Positions 22,940-34,139 of a stretch of DNA of 64,000 bases are shown here, in pieces; the first letter of the stretch is position 1, and every line of letters begins with the position of its first letter. A program made the position numbers and the translations under genes. Under the pieces are notes generated by a model, which worked only from the letters and a program-made list of their open reading frames with translations, was not told where the DNA came from and made no database searches. The DNA lies in assembly GCA_051530055.1 (NCBI GenBank), contig CM121342.1, forward strand, positions 1,646,797-1,710,796, read 5' to 3'. The stretch is from Neoechinorhynchus agilis. Its lineage: Eukaryota > Animalia > Acanthocephala.

Positions 22940-24842
22940 ATGGATAACTACAATGCTGATTTGAAGGCTATAAGCCGTCTTGATTTCCTTACACAACCAA
23001 ATACTCAGTTTAACCCTGACGACCTCATAAATCGATACTGCGACCGTCTCCCTGAACTTAGTAACATTCTCGTCAAACTGTACGTTGACGTCTCCGAACA
23101 GATAGTAAGTGTATGCGATTCGAATTACGGTCGTTTTATTGACTTCACCCGTCGTGTGCACGATTTAAGTGAACCGATCCACTCAGCTGCCGTCATTACT
23201 CGTCGTGAATCCAATCAATTTGAGAAGTTGCGTTCAGAGCTATGTTCACATCATGAAAGGTGCCGTTGGATTTTAGACCGATTAGACGAGTTGAACAAAG
23301 AATGTAGCGAACTTGAACTTGCGTTAGAATGCTCTACACTTCTTCAGCACTCTCAAGATTGTTCTCTTGTTGACGTACTAAAATTAAAATATTTCGGAGA
23401 AACGAGTGTGCTCGCCAATGTTAAATGCATTAAGGAGTGCAGTCAGCGATTTGTGGACGAAACGATTGATGCTTTACAGAACGAGTTTTTGAGCACTTTG
23501 GCGGTTGCTAGTATAAAATAGAAGGCGTCATTATCAACTCGAGTTGTACTAAAGGATGACCCTTCTTTTGATAGAAGCAAGTGACCGTCATAAATCCGAC
23601 TTATTTCGTCGGTTGCGAGCTTTGAACGCTTTCAGTAAATCTTTTGTGCATAAAGTTACTCGCCAAATACGCTCTAGCCTTGATCAGTCAAATTCAACAG
23701 AAAGTGAAGTTGAAAACCTGTGCCGGAATTTCAGCTTCCTTTCGCCTGGACAACATGAACGTGTTATTATTCGTTATCTCGTTTGGAATCCTGCATTTCG
23801 ATTCATGACCAGTCAAATCGACTCCACATATCAACAACTTCACCAATGCTGGGATTTTAAGAGTAACCGAAACGAATTTATTGAGCGATTCGTTGAGACA
23901 AAGCGTGCATTTTTGATTCTGCAGCAATATTTTCCATTTAGTGTTCGAGAAGATGTTGATATGATGAGGCTGTTGGGTCATTGGCGTCCTGATGTATATG
24001 GCAGTCTCGTTCTGAGGCGCATTTATAACAATCTAGAGAAATCATTTAGTTCTACTACTGAGGCAACTGAATATTTATTACATATTCTTGAAAAACGGCG
24101 ATTATTGGATTTTGAGGATACGTTCAATAGCTTTCGAGACAGAATGTGTCTAAAATGCATGTCGAGATATGAGATCTTTGTGACCAAGGAAATGACCGGC
24201 AGCATCAGCGATTGGCTTCAGTTTCACGATTGTCTTAAATTAATAGAAAGTAGTACTTGGCATCACGCGAATGTTCCACAATTGCTCATTGATAGATATG
24301 ATCGATTGAAAAATACGTGTAAGTGCAGAATGAAGAGCGAACTCGCTAGACTTTTGGCTAACATTGAAACATTTAAGGAGATTCGAAATATTCCTCGAGT
24401 TTTAAGAACGTCTCCTTCAAACGGTGATCCATCTTCGTAGAGATGTAGGTTCTTAATAAGCTTCATTGTATAAGAATCTTCAGGTTATGTGACAAATGCG
24501 TTTGATAATATCGAACAGCATTTATCTGTTGTAAAAGACAAAGTTGGATCAGATTTAGCATCCGACCTATTAAAACAGTCGATTGAACTAATGGCCGAAG
24601 CTATGAACACTCAATGCATAAGTACATACGAGTCGGTTAATAGTGTGGACCGTGGTTTGGAACAGTTGAAACGGAAACCAAAACGGGTTCGAGAAGGCAA
24701 CGCTAATAGCTATACTTCAAAGCTACTGAATCAGCTAGAGATTGATATAAAGTTATTTAGAGAGAAGTGCAAGCATATAATGCCAAGTGCTCAACCTGAT
24801 GCCCTTTGTGATATTGAACGGATTGTTGAAAAAAGAAATTGA
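22940..24842 (+). CDS. COG2: Conserved oligomeric Golgi complex subunit 2 (divergent); introns 23511-23574 and ~24424-24483
   Basis: N-terminal FNPDDLINR...NYGRFIDFT; HWRPDVY; C-terminal YVTNAF...ESVNSVDRGLEQLKR...KLLNQLEIDI. Confidence 0.8.
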
Positions 24843-24902
24843 GTGAGCGGTTTTTAAGTTTAATATTCTAAACGTACCACCTACTATCCCGTATCTTAGA
24901 TT

Positions 24903-26226
24903 ATGAACAAAGAGTGCAAGATGTTTATTGCAGTCGTTGGGTCATTAACCCTATTAATTTGCCTGGAACAAATGGCAGCTGAACGATACACATCGATGAC
25001 AAACGAAATCGAAGGACGACCAACAGCTCGCAGATTTCCCGGATTTACGCAGAACTTTACAATCATTCTAGCTCCAAAAATACGTGCGTTCAGTCACGCT
25101 TTCACAATGTCCGTTACTGTAATTGTTCTGTCGGAACTTGGAGATAAGACTTTCTTTATTGCTGCAATTATGGCAATGCGCGCTAGACGCGATCTTGTTT
25201 ATATGGGAGCCATGAGCGCTCTCGTTACCATGACCGTCCTCTCAACAGCTTTAGGATCCGTCGTTACTAAATTTGTTCCTCGAAAAATAACCTACTATTT
25301 ATCTGCACTACTCTTTCTTATATTCGGTGTAAAGATGATTTTCGAAGCATACTACACCAAAAGCGAAGGAAATGAAGAGAGTGAACTGGAAAACGTACAG
25401 CAAGAACTTACGGGTAAACGGTTCGGAGAGTACCAAGAAGTATCGGCAGACTGTGAATTCACACTTTTGGGTCATGCGAGCTCGTACTCTTTTTCTTATT
25501 GCTTTAAATTTTTAGTTCCAAAATGCAGTTGGTTTTTGGTGAAATGTTTAGTTTCTGTCGCATAATGCCAAATAGTTACGCTGGAGATTTTTTGTTAATT
25601 TCTTTTGTTCAAAATTGTTCGGTTGGCACTCAAAACGAAGAATGTGCTTTTGATTTCCACTCTTATGGATAGATATTCGTTCCAACATCGGTCGTCGTGT
25701 TATGTTAACAAGGATCTCATTAAATCCGACTTTATATCATGAAAATTAAAGACTAGGGGAACTTGCAGATAAATTTGCCACATCTTGCCATGAAAGGCAT
25801 CTGCCCATTCCTAAGAAATGCTTTAGAGGAGACGTGAATTCGACAGGGGCCATAAGCCGTAGTAGTCTTGAGACAGGAATGATGAAGCCAACGTGGAGAC
25901 AACCTTCTCGCTCGTCAGTTCTGCTTGGGGTCGTTTGTCAAGCTTTTGTGATGACGTTTTTGGCCGAATGGGGTGATAGATCGCAAATCACAACGATTAT
26001 ATTGGCTGCAAGTGAGAATGTGATTGGCGTTTGTTTGGGGGGAATCGTTGGGCATGCCTTCTGTACTGGTATAGCCGTGATCGGTGGAAAGGTACTTGCT
26101 TCTAAGATTTCTGTACGAACCGTCACATTATTTGGAGGAATTGTTTTCGTGGCCTTTGCGATTTCAAGTACGATTTTTGAACATTCGATCGAACTTAATG
26201 CGGAGGCATCGAATGCTACGAAGTAA
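24903..26226 (+). CDS. TMEM165: TMEM165/GDT1 Golgi Ca2+/Mn2+ transporter; one ~400 bp intron (~25410/25430-25826)
   Basis: Two UPF0016 motifs, SELGDKTF and AEWGDRSQ; multiple TM segments. Confidence 0.95.
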
Positions 26227-26689
26227 ATCGTGCCAAAAGGTCTTAAACGAGGCTAATTGTTACTTTAAAATAAAAAAGAAATTGCTGAGAGCATTCCCCA
26301 CTTCCAGTATGTTTCCAAGGGAATAGATGGTACCACTTCCAAGGTATAGAACAAAAAACACAACTCTAAAAAATGTAAGTCAAACGAAACCCATAAAAAA
26401 GTATGAATGTTTTAAATGACTAAATCGTGGTTATTGACTATTTTATGAGTAGATTCGATAGTGTTAGAATGCGCTTATCATTGCTAATCGTGATGTGGAT
26501 CTGGTCGCAAAAAATAGTATCCAAGTGCATAATCTTCAGATTTAACTTTTCTGCATTTTATCTCTCTGTGCTCCGATTCAGAAAAAATCATATTTCTAAG
26601 TAGATTCGTGGTTTACTTTCCCTTAACTTTTAGAATAATACGTATTTAAGATAGAATTTAGCCGATGGATATTTTCTCAATAAGTTTTA

Positions 26690-27090
26690 CAATAATAAAG
26701 CACAAAACGTGCAATCACCACCGTCCGCAAAATTGGAGCTTCTCTCATTCCTCGGCTGTCGCTATCGCGCTTGCAGCATTGCCTCGTTGTACCGCGAGCG
26801 AGATATTTTGTAGCAGGAATACACCTGCTCGTGCGTCGCCGGTCGTTTCTCTGAATTTCTTCGAGAGATCCTGGAGCAGAGAAAGTGCCGAGCTGCCGAG
26901 CGCTCTATACGTCTCTACCCCAAAGGATACAAAATAGTGGAGCCTTGCTAAATCCCTATATTTTCGTACCTTCCTCCCTTCCGCTGCACCTCCAGCGATT
27001 TCGAGAGAGTAGGGAATGTTGCACTGCGAGGGTGTTCACAAACGTGGCGTTCCAGTGAAGGCATTTGCCCTCCTGCCGATGGATTGAGGT
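26690..27090 (-). mobile_element. CRE-clade (RLE) LINE 3' fragment
   Basis: Close reverse complement of 39250-39620 (GKCLHW...FGVE...ISLAVQRGNAAS). Confidence 0.85.
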
Positions 27091-27269
27091 AAGTGCAAAT
27101 TTTACAGATATAAATTCGCTACAGTTATTAATACCTATTTATCCAGACCAAGATTTTTATGTGGTGTACTATTTATAATAACACGTTTCATTTGTTAATG
27201 CACAAAGAATAGGGCTCATGTATCTTTGGGATAGTGGTAACTGACATCTATTCAATCAAAAACTCAAAT

Positions 27270-28330
27270 CACTCATGCTCGTAATATATGTTTTATAAGT
27301 GACGTTGTAGCGATCGATTCATCGCTTTCAACACATTGCCGGTCTGCGTTCTCGGGATCCTCTCCATTTTCTTGTATCTCAGCTCCTGTGGCTACCGGTG
27401 CTTCAATTTCCTCTGCTGGCTCTCGGTGCTCATGTTGCTCTCTCAAGTCGGAAGAGTGTTTCCGAAATATAGATCCGTCGCACCCCAAATCATATAAAGT
27501 CCACGCTCTTCGGTTACTCACCACGCCTTCATTTCATATGTTTGACCGTCATTCTCGGACTCATATTCCGTCGGACGATGCGAATTCCCTTGCTTTCGAA
27601 TTGAGCATTCCAACGAAGCGAAACCGCGGATCTTACGGTTGGGCGAATCATGTAAAACACGATCCTTAATCGCCGTCCGAATAAAACGTCTGCATGCGTT
27701 TTTTGTATTGCATTCTGTAGAGTGTTTCTGTAGCTTAAAAGAATTGTTGAATTGATAGCGCACTCCTATTCTGATAGCTGATGATTTCGGTTCTTCGTTT
27801 ATATGTCCCTAAGAGCCTTTCCACTAAACCATTTATTTGTTTTGTGCGGACACCCAGACGTTTTTTATTATGCAAATTTTCGGAGAGCAAAGTCTCCCTC
27901 TTCAGGCTTTTGGTCATTATTTTCGGAGAAAATTTCGAGAAGTGTCCGCACAAAACAAATCTCGTTTCACCCAACAGTAATAATGAATAAACCATTTATC
28001 TAAGGATGATGCGCGGAAATGTCTTATTCCGTTTGTCAGACAAAACTATTCGAACTCTGCATATTGCAACGGTAGTCCATTATCCGATACGGTCTCTGCC
28101 GGAATTCCAAGTCGAGCAAAAATTGTTCTGGTTTTATCCATCGGTTCGTTTGCAGATTCAATAAGTACAAGGAAAAGCTGTCCTTTGATGGATCCAGCGA
28201 AATCGATGTGAATCCTCGTCCACACTTCTTCAGCTACATTCCATTGATACAACGGTGTTTCTGGTGCTTCTGGTCGGGGTATGTCCTTTCGGGTGAAAGC
28301 AACAAACTTACGAAACATATTTTAGATGTT
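27270..28330 (-). mobile_element. Ty3/Gypsy integrase remnants
   Basis: WTRIHIDFAGSIKG...IFARLGIP...VSDNG...EFE; NGLVERLLGTYK; WTLYDLGCDGSIFRKHSSDLR. Confidence 0.8.
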
Positions 28331-28584
28331 AAACCTGGAGGAAATGTCAGAATTATTCGATGTCAAATATCGACAATAAATCTATGAATTTAAATTCGAG
28401 TAGGAATAACTATAAAAAGAAATCATTTTAAATATGTGTATCCATTACAGAAATCGTTATTGCTTGTTGCGCAGCTCACCAGTATCCGTGCTTATCATCC
28501 CAGTCTTATACAAAGGCCAAGTAGGTCGGGTTTATTATATCAATAATCCTCACACACAAAACCATGTATAAATTAGGATTTCCA

Positions 28585-31500
28585 TTACGCGTTTTCATCT
28601 ATAGCGATGGTTGTCTTCATTAAGCTCTGCTCTTGAGTATCATCCAGGTAGGCTTGTTTTTCTTTGATCCTTTGCTCTCTTGGTACGTAAAATCGTACCA
28701 ATATCATGAATACGATGTCAACTACGATAATCAGAGCTGCATAAAGGAAGAAGAGCCATATATCCTAATTTTTAAGGTTATAATAATTTGAAGAATGAAA
28801 AGAGAAATGTACCCCGCTTTGATCGCCAGTAGCTGAGTTTATAATAAGGGTTATAAGGTTTCCAATTGAATTAGTCATTAACCAAATTGCGGTCATTACA
28901 GATTTCATACTTGTGTCGGCTTCGGCATAGGCGAAATGTAGTCCAGATATCGAGAAGAGAATTTCAGCAGCAGTTAATACAAGGTATTGAAAGATTTGGT
29001 ACAGGATATGAATTGAAGATTGTCTGTTATCGGCGGTCACGGCATATTCAGTTGGTCGCTTTAAATGTATATGCGAAATGAGAATGAAAAGTGAGAGGCT
29101 ATTTAAATGAAACCTTTAGTCTCAATCCACGCGAAAACGTAACTCTCGGTTTAAAGTTTCTCGTAAACCGGCTCATGAATGTCCCATCATCCTAGAAGGA
29201 ATGACCCAAAATCTCTAATTAATTGTTCGTCTCCTGATCTCACAATTTGGTAAATGAGTTGGTTTAGTTCATTTCGTTTTAATATGATGTCAGAACCTAA
29301 TGGAAGACTGCTTCCTTGAATCACACCGGGTGCACATTTGGAAGTAATCGTCGATGTAGCTAAGATGGATTCCGATACGGCTAAGGCCTGCAAGGAAATT
29401 TAATTGAGAGCTGGTGCCAAGAGATAACAATGTACTTACGTATCCATCGGAGGCTTTTAATGCTTGACCAACGGTCATGAGTTGCGCATCACAGGGAAGA
29501 TCATTGATTAGACGAACGAGTTTTGGGACAGGTGAAAAAAGACCCGGTGCCAGAGTAGTCACTGTTCCGTTGGTCGAATTGTCCATCGATTTGAGGTCAT
29601 TCTTTTTCAAGCTTTGTTGAAGATCCTCTCAAAAGGACAAAAAAATACTCACGACGATTGCGACTTGTACTATCCCTGCAATAACAAATGAAAGCGAGGC
29701 CAATAATAGACCAACAACCATACGATGTAGGGGCCTAAATACGTTGATCATTATTTTTCGATCAAGGTACAAAGAAATATATGAAAAAAAGAAACAATCG
29801 TTCGCAATTGAGACAATGTCGCTCATTCAGTCATTTGTTGCTTTTTTGATCATTCAACAAAATCTCTCCAATGGACTATTTCATTTCCATCGCAGCAAGT
29901 GTCCTCTAGTGGTCGTGAAGCCAGGTAAAATAAAACATTTCCGAGGAAATGTGATGAAAATCGGAGGACCATTTCTTGATCGCTTACAGACGTTCTCTGA
30001 TTTCATTTCAAAATGTAAAATACAAGTAGACGTTCTTAAAAGTTACGACAAGGATGCGTTGGAAGCTGTCTCGAATCCTGGACCAGTTCACTATCACAAG
30101 CTAATCGGTTACGCCATTGACGTTCAGATTTTAGACAAAAAAGGAGTCCCGATTTGCGATGAGCGATGTATGAATAGCATTGAACGAGCGTCAAAGCGCA
30201 GTGAATATCAATGTTTCAAAAATGCACTGTTCTTTATTGGACTTCGTATCAAGGGAAACACTATATACCACGACTTTTACGATATAGAAGATCCGCAATT
30301 CGCGAATCACACAGTTAGAATAGCAAAGATTTGCTAGATTTTAGATTTCTGAGTATTACTTACTTTACCAATAAATTAAATCTTGCGAGGAATGGATATA
30401 GGAAGGTGTCGAAAGCAGGAACGAGAAAGATTACTAAAAGCGGATTAATTGCTTGAATTATATCCGGTGTTATATTCCAGGATCCCTTTTGTGGTAAAAC
30501 ATATTTCTAAGCGTTACAAGGGAATCAACATACCAATTTGCCGTACATGAGTTTTCCCTGAATAACCCACGTTGATCCAGTCTGGTCGTATGGTACGAAT
30601 CTCTTTGTTTTTAGTTACAAACACCTAACCGTTCGAAAAAGATGAGAGAAATTCGTACCGTAAAGTGTCCAGAAAAAGCACAATGGCAAGAAAACCAAAG
30701 ATACAGATAGAACCTGTTTGAAATCCTCGAGCATTGGCCTCTAAAGCATTATTCGAAAATTTATACTTCCCTAGGAAAAGGTCAAACCTCGAATTTGTCA
30801 TCAGCGTAATCGAGCCAGTGAGAGACAGGCCTATTTGGTTTGATTTTCTTAACCTTGTTTTTGATCGCACTTCCAACTGCCAGCATTGAACGCGCCAAAA
30901 TACTACCTTGCGGTGGATTTCTTATATACCATCTCGTTCCAGCAATGAAGAAAACTGTTCTTGCGTTTAAGAAGTCATGTTTAAATTAAAAAACGAACTG
31001 ATTGCCAAAATCATAAGAATTGCGGGAATTGCGAATGCGAGCGTATAGCATCCACATGAATATTTTTCACAGTTGGGATCGTCACTTGGAACAAGACATT
31101 CGACGCCTATAATAAACACTTTAAAGACAGAGTGAACGTGGATGAGTTACTCACTTTTGAGTAGCGGACTTATTATCATAGAAAGGAGCGATCCGACGTT
31201 GATTGCGATATAGAATGCATTGAAAAAGAATGCGAGTTGTTTATCCTTTGAGAAAAAATATTATATTGGAATGTTGCTAAAAACTTACTCTTCCCACGAA
31301 CTGATCGGCGCCAAACGCACTTACACAAGGTTTGATGCCACCGGTTCCAATGGCGATTATGATCAGACAGACAATTACACCGGCCCTGTGGTGATTTGAA
31401 TTTCGATTTCAACAAAAACAAATGAAATAGATTTTGTATTACAAGTTTCGGTGACCAACGGAAGGAATTGCCAATATAGACATTAAACTTGTACCGATCG

Positions 31501-32032
31501 CATAGAAAATTGACAATGATATTATTGTCCTATATTAAAATTGATGGCTCGAATACAAATGGCAAACTAACTTATATTTCCCGAGCCAAGCATCGGCAAC
31601 AATCGCACCGAGAATCGGTGTAAAATAAGATATCACAGTAAACATGTGATACACATTAATAGCAGTAGAATTTGATTGTCCAAGGAACTCGACCATGTAA
31701 AGAGTCAAAATAGCTAAAGTCGATTTTAAAGAGAAATTCCGTCTTTGTTTCTATCCGAACCTCTTAGACCATAGAAACAGAATCGTTCACAGAATTCATT
31801 GCCGATAATAAGCCAAAAAGTCTTTGGAAGTGCACCAGAGAAGATGAGCTTAAAGAATGAAGCTTCCTTCTCCGACTCCTTCACTGCATCTTCTTCGACC
31901 TTCTCCGCTGGTACGGTCATTTCAATAACACCTTTTTAAAACTCGTGGGACGACAATATGTTTCTGCTTACTTGGAATGACAGATCCATCTCCCAGTGTG
32001 CCTTGTTCCTCTACAGTCTGGTCTTGATCCAT
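28585..32032 (-). CDS. SLC15A1: SLC15/PepT proton-coupled oligopeptide transporter, ~13 exons
   Basis: [83 protein letters not shown]...SMKS; paralog assignment (A1 vs A2) not resolvable. Confidence 0.93.
29816..30337 (+). CDS. Intronless, probably secreted 173-aa protein with Hedgehog/D,D-peptidase (M15-like) motifs, nested antisense in SLC15 intron 29735-30363
   Basis: Signal-like N-terminus; [11 protein letters not shown]...[11 protein letters not shown]...CDERC...QCF resembles the M15 pattern ITSGYR...H-x2-G-x-A-x-D. Confidence 0.72.
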   Translation: MSLIQSFVAFLIIQQNLSNGLFHFHRSKCPLVVVKPGKIKHFRGNVMKIGGPFLDRLQTFSDFISKCKIQVDVLKSYDKDALEAVSNPGPVHYHKLIGYAIDVQILDKKGVPICDERCMNSIERASKRSEYQCFKNALFFIGLRIKGNTIYHDFYDIEDPQFANHTVRIAKIC

Positions 32033-33145
32033 AATTTAAACTAATGGAAAGATATAAGCATATCCTGAATCTAAAAATTGACTCGAACATACGAACCTAA
32101 ATGCGTGTTTAAGATAAAAGAAGACTTGAAGATCAACCAAACTTTAGATGTTTTTAGTCAGCGTGATGTTCTCAAATCTTTGAACAATGATACCTTAGAC
32201 AATCTGTCTCATGTAATATAGGTGCAAGGGGTATGCGCTAAATGAGTGCGGTGCGTGACACATCTTTAGCACATTCTCGCGCTTACCTTTGGATTATCAA
32301 GTTGCAAAACTGAACAATAGAACACTCATGTAACCGAGTCATGTGCTCTATTCACCTAAAGAGCCCGCCGCTTTACTTTGCGCAATGAGTGTTAATCACG
32401 TAAAAAGTCGTCCGACTGTTCAATATAAATTGCCCTCAGTTTAAATTTTAAGGCGTTAAAGTCACAGTTCTCGTAATCACAGACACCGATTCTTGAGATG
32501 ACAGTTTTTCGCTTCATTTTTTTGGCAGACAAATGGATCTTATCAGACGGCATTTAGAACATTCATATCTCATGGGAACCCAAGAAATGAACGAATGTCA
32601 GGCAAAACGCCATGTTTGTCAGTCTGTATGTCTCGGCCGCTATAATTCCTCATTAAACCTGAAACTCTATACCGATTGGAAAAATAAATGAACACTAATT
32701 TCCAAGTATAAATGATAAATGTCGTATGCCGTTTCGCGAACCAAACCCGAGCAAAGGAATTTAAAGTACTCAATGCTGGTGAAGCTATTGCCAATTTGCT
32801 ACGATGTCAATCAATTCAGACATATCAATTATTACGGTATGTAATAGAATCACAAACGAGAAAAATAAAGTTTTGTATCTACGACTATGATAGGAATTTT
32901 TTATTAGTGAAAAAAACGAATTTTTTTAATTAGATTGAATGATATTGAATGATGTTAAGATAACTAATTGATTGGATGATCTCCCATGAAGCTGTATCAC
33001 CATCGTCCTGCTGCATTGTTAAACTTTCCTTAAAATATACTTTTGGTGAACATAATCCCGGTCATCACCTAGTTGATTTATTTGAGATATTTTGCGAGGT
33101 AACTTCACTTCGAGACAAAGCTTTGCTGTATTTTCCTCCAAAAAC

Positions 33146-33187
33146 AATGACTGATGAGGCGAGGTTTCTTCGCGAAATATCTACAAT
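33146..33187 (+). ncRNA. Degenerate hammerhead motif
   Basis: CUGAUGA-G-GCGA(gguuucu)UCGC-GAA-AUAU-C; stem I poorly paired. Confidence 0.45.
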
Positions 33188-34139
33188 AAGTCAAATAGGT
33201 TATGAACGGGATTATGTTCACCAAAATTATATTTTGACTAACGCGAAGGATTTTCTCTGTCGATGATTTCCTTAAAATGATCCACCCATCTTGTTTTTAA
33301 TCCCTTTCTTTTGCCCTTTAAATTCATGACTTTGAAAAAATTGATAGTTGATTCCTTCATAAAATCGTTGGTATTAAGCATATTATTTTGAATGTGAAAT
33401 AAGTTTTACTTTAAAATGGAGTCATTGTAAGGAGGCGCCGATAAAAGTTCTTGATTTTTTAGAAGGGAAGTCGAGTCCTAAGACCCTATTATTTCTTTTG
33501 AATAAAAAAATCAGAAAACAGAATGCGTGCATTTAGACCTCTTTTTATAAGGGTGTGTGAAACATAGGATTTGGTGAGAAGTGTAATGACCGTTTTCGCG
33601 GATTTATGCTTAAATTTGCCGGTCTCATTCGGTTTTGAAAGATCAGTAAATAATTATCCGCATAAACAAGAGGAAATATTAATTTAGATTTATTAGTTTC
33701 TTTAAAAATAAATAACATTATAATTAAGAATATTACGGCTGAGAGAGGAGACCTTTGTGGTACGCGAAACTTTGTGTAGAAGCAATTACGATTTGGGTCA
33801 ATGTCGCATTGTGTAAATAAGATGCTTGGGTGCTTTAAAAGAAATTAAGGTTTCACATAAAAAGTTCCGATTTGCAGAAATTGGAATAAAAATTTATTTA
33901 CGTTGATGCGTGATCCATTCAGAGAATGAATAACACCCTATTCGGTATGAATGCCTAAAAATAGTATGGAATTAGTTTCGTTTTGACGAGGAAATTAAGT
34001 AGCTTCTTATTTACGGTCCTCTTTAAACAAGAGACGATTTTTAATTGATATTATTCTTATTTTCGAAAGGTTAGAAATTTTCTTCGACTTGAATTTATAA
34101 ATTCTTTGATTCCACAAAATTTTATAACCACAAAACACT

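Noticed and set aside
23485-23554. Alternative COG2 intron 1 (GT 23485 to AG 23554)
   Set aside because: It removes EFLSTL, which fits the COG2 helix; 23511-23574 has a better pyrimidine tract and keeps the frame
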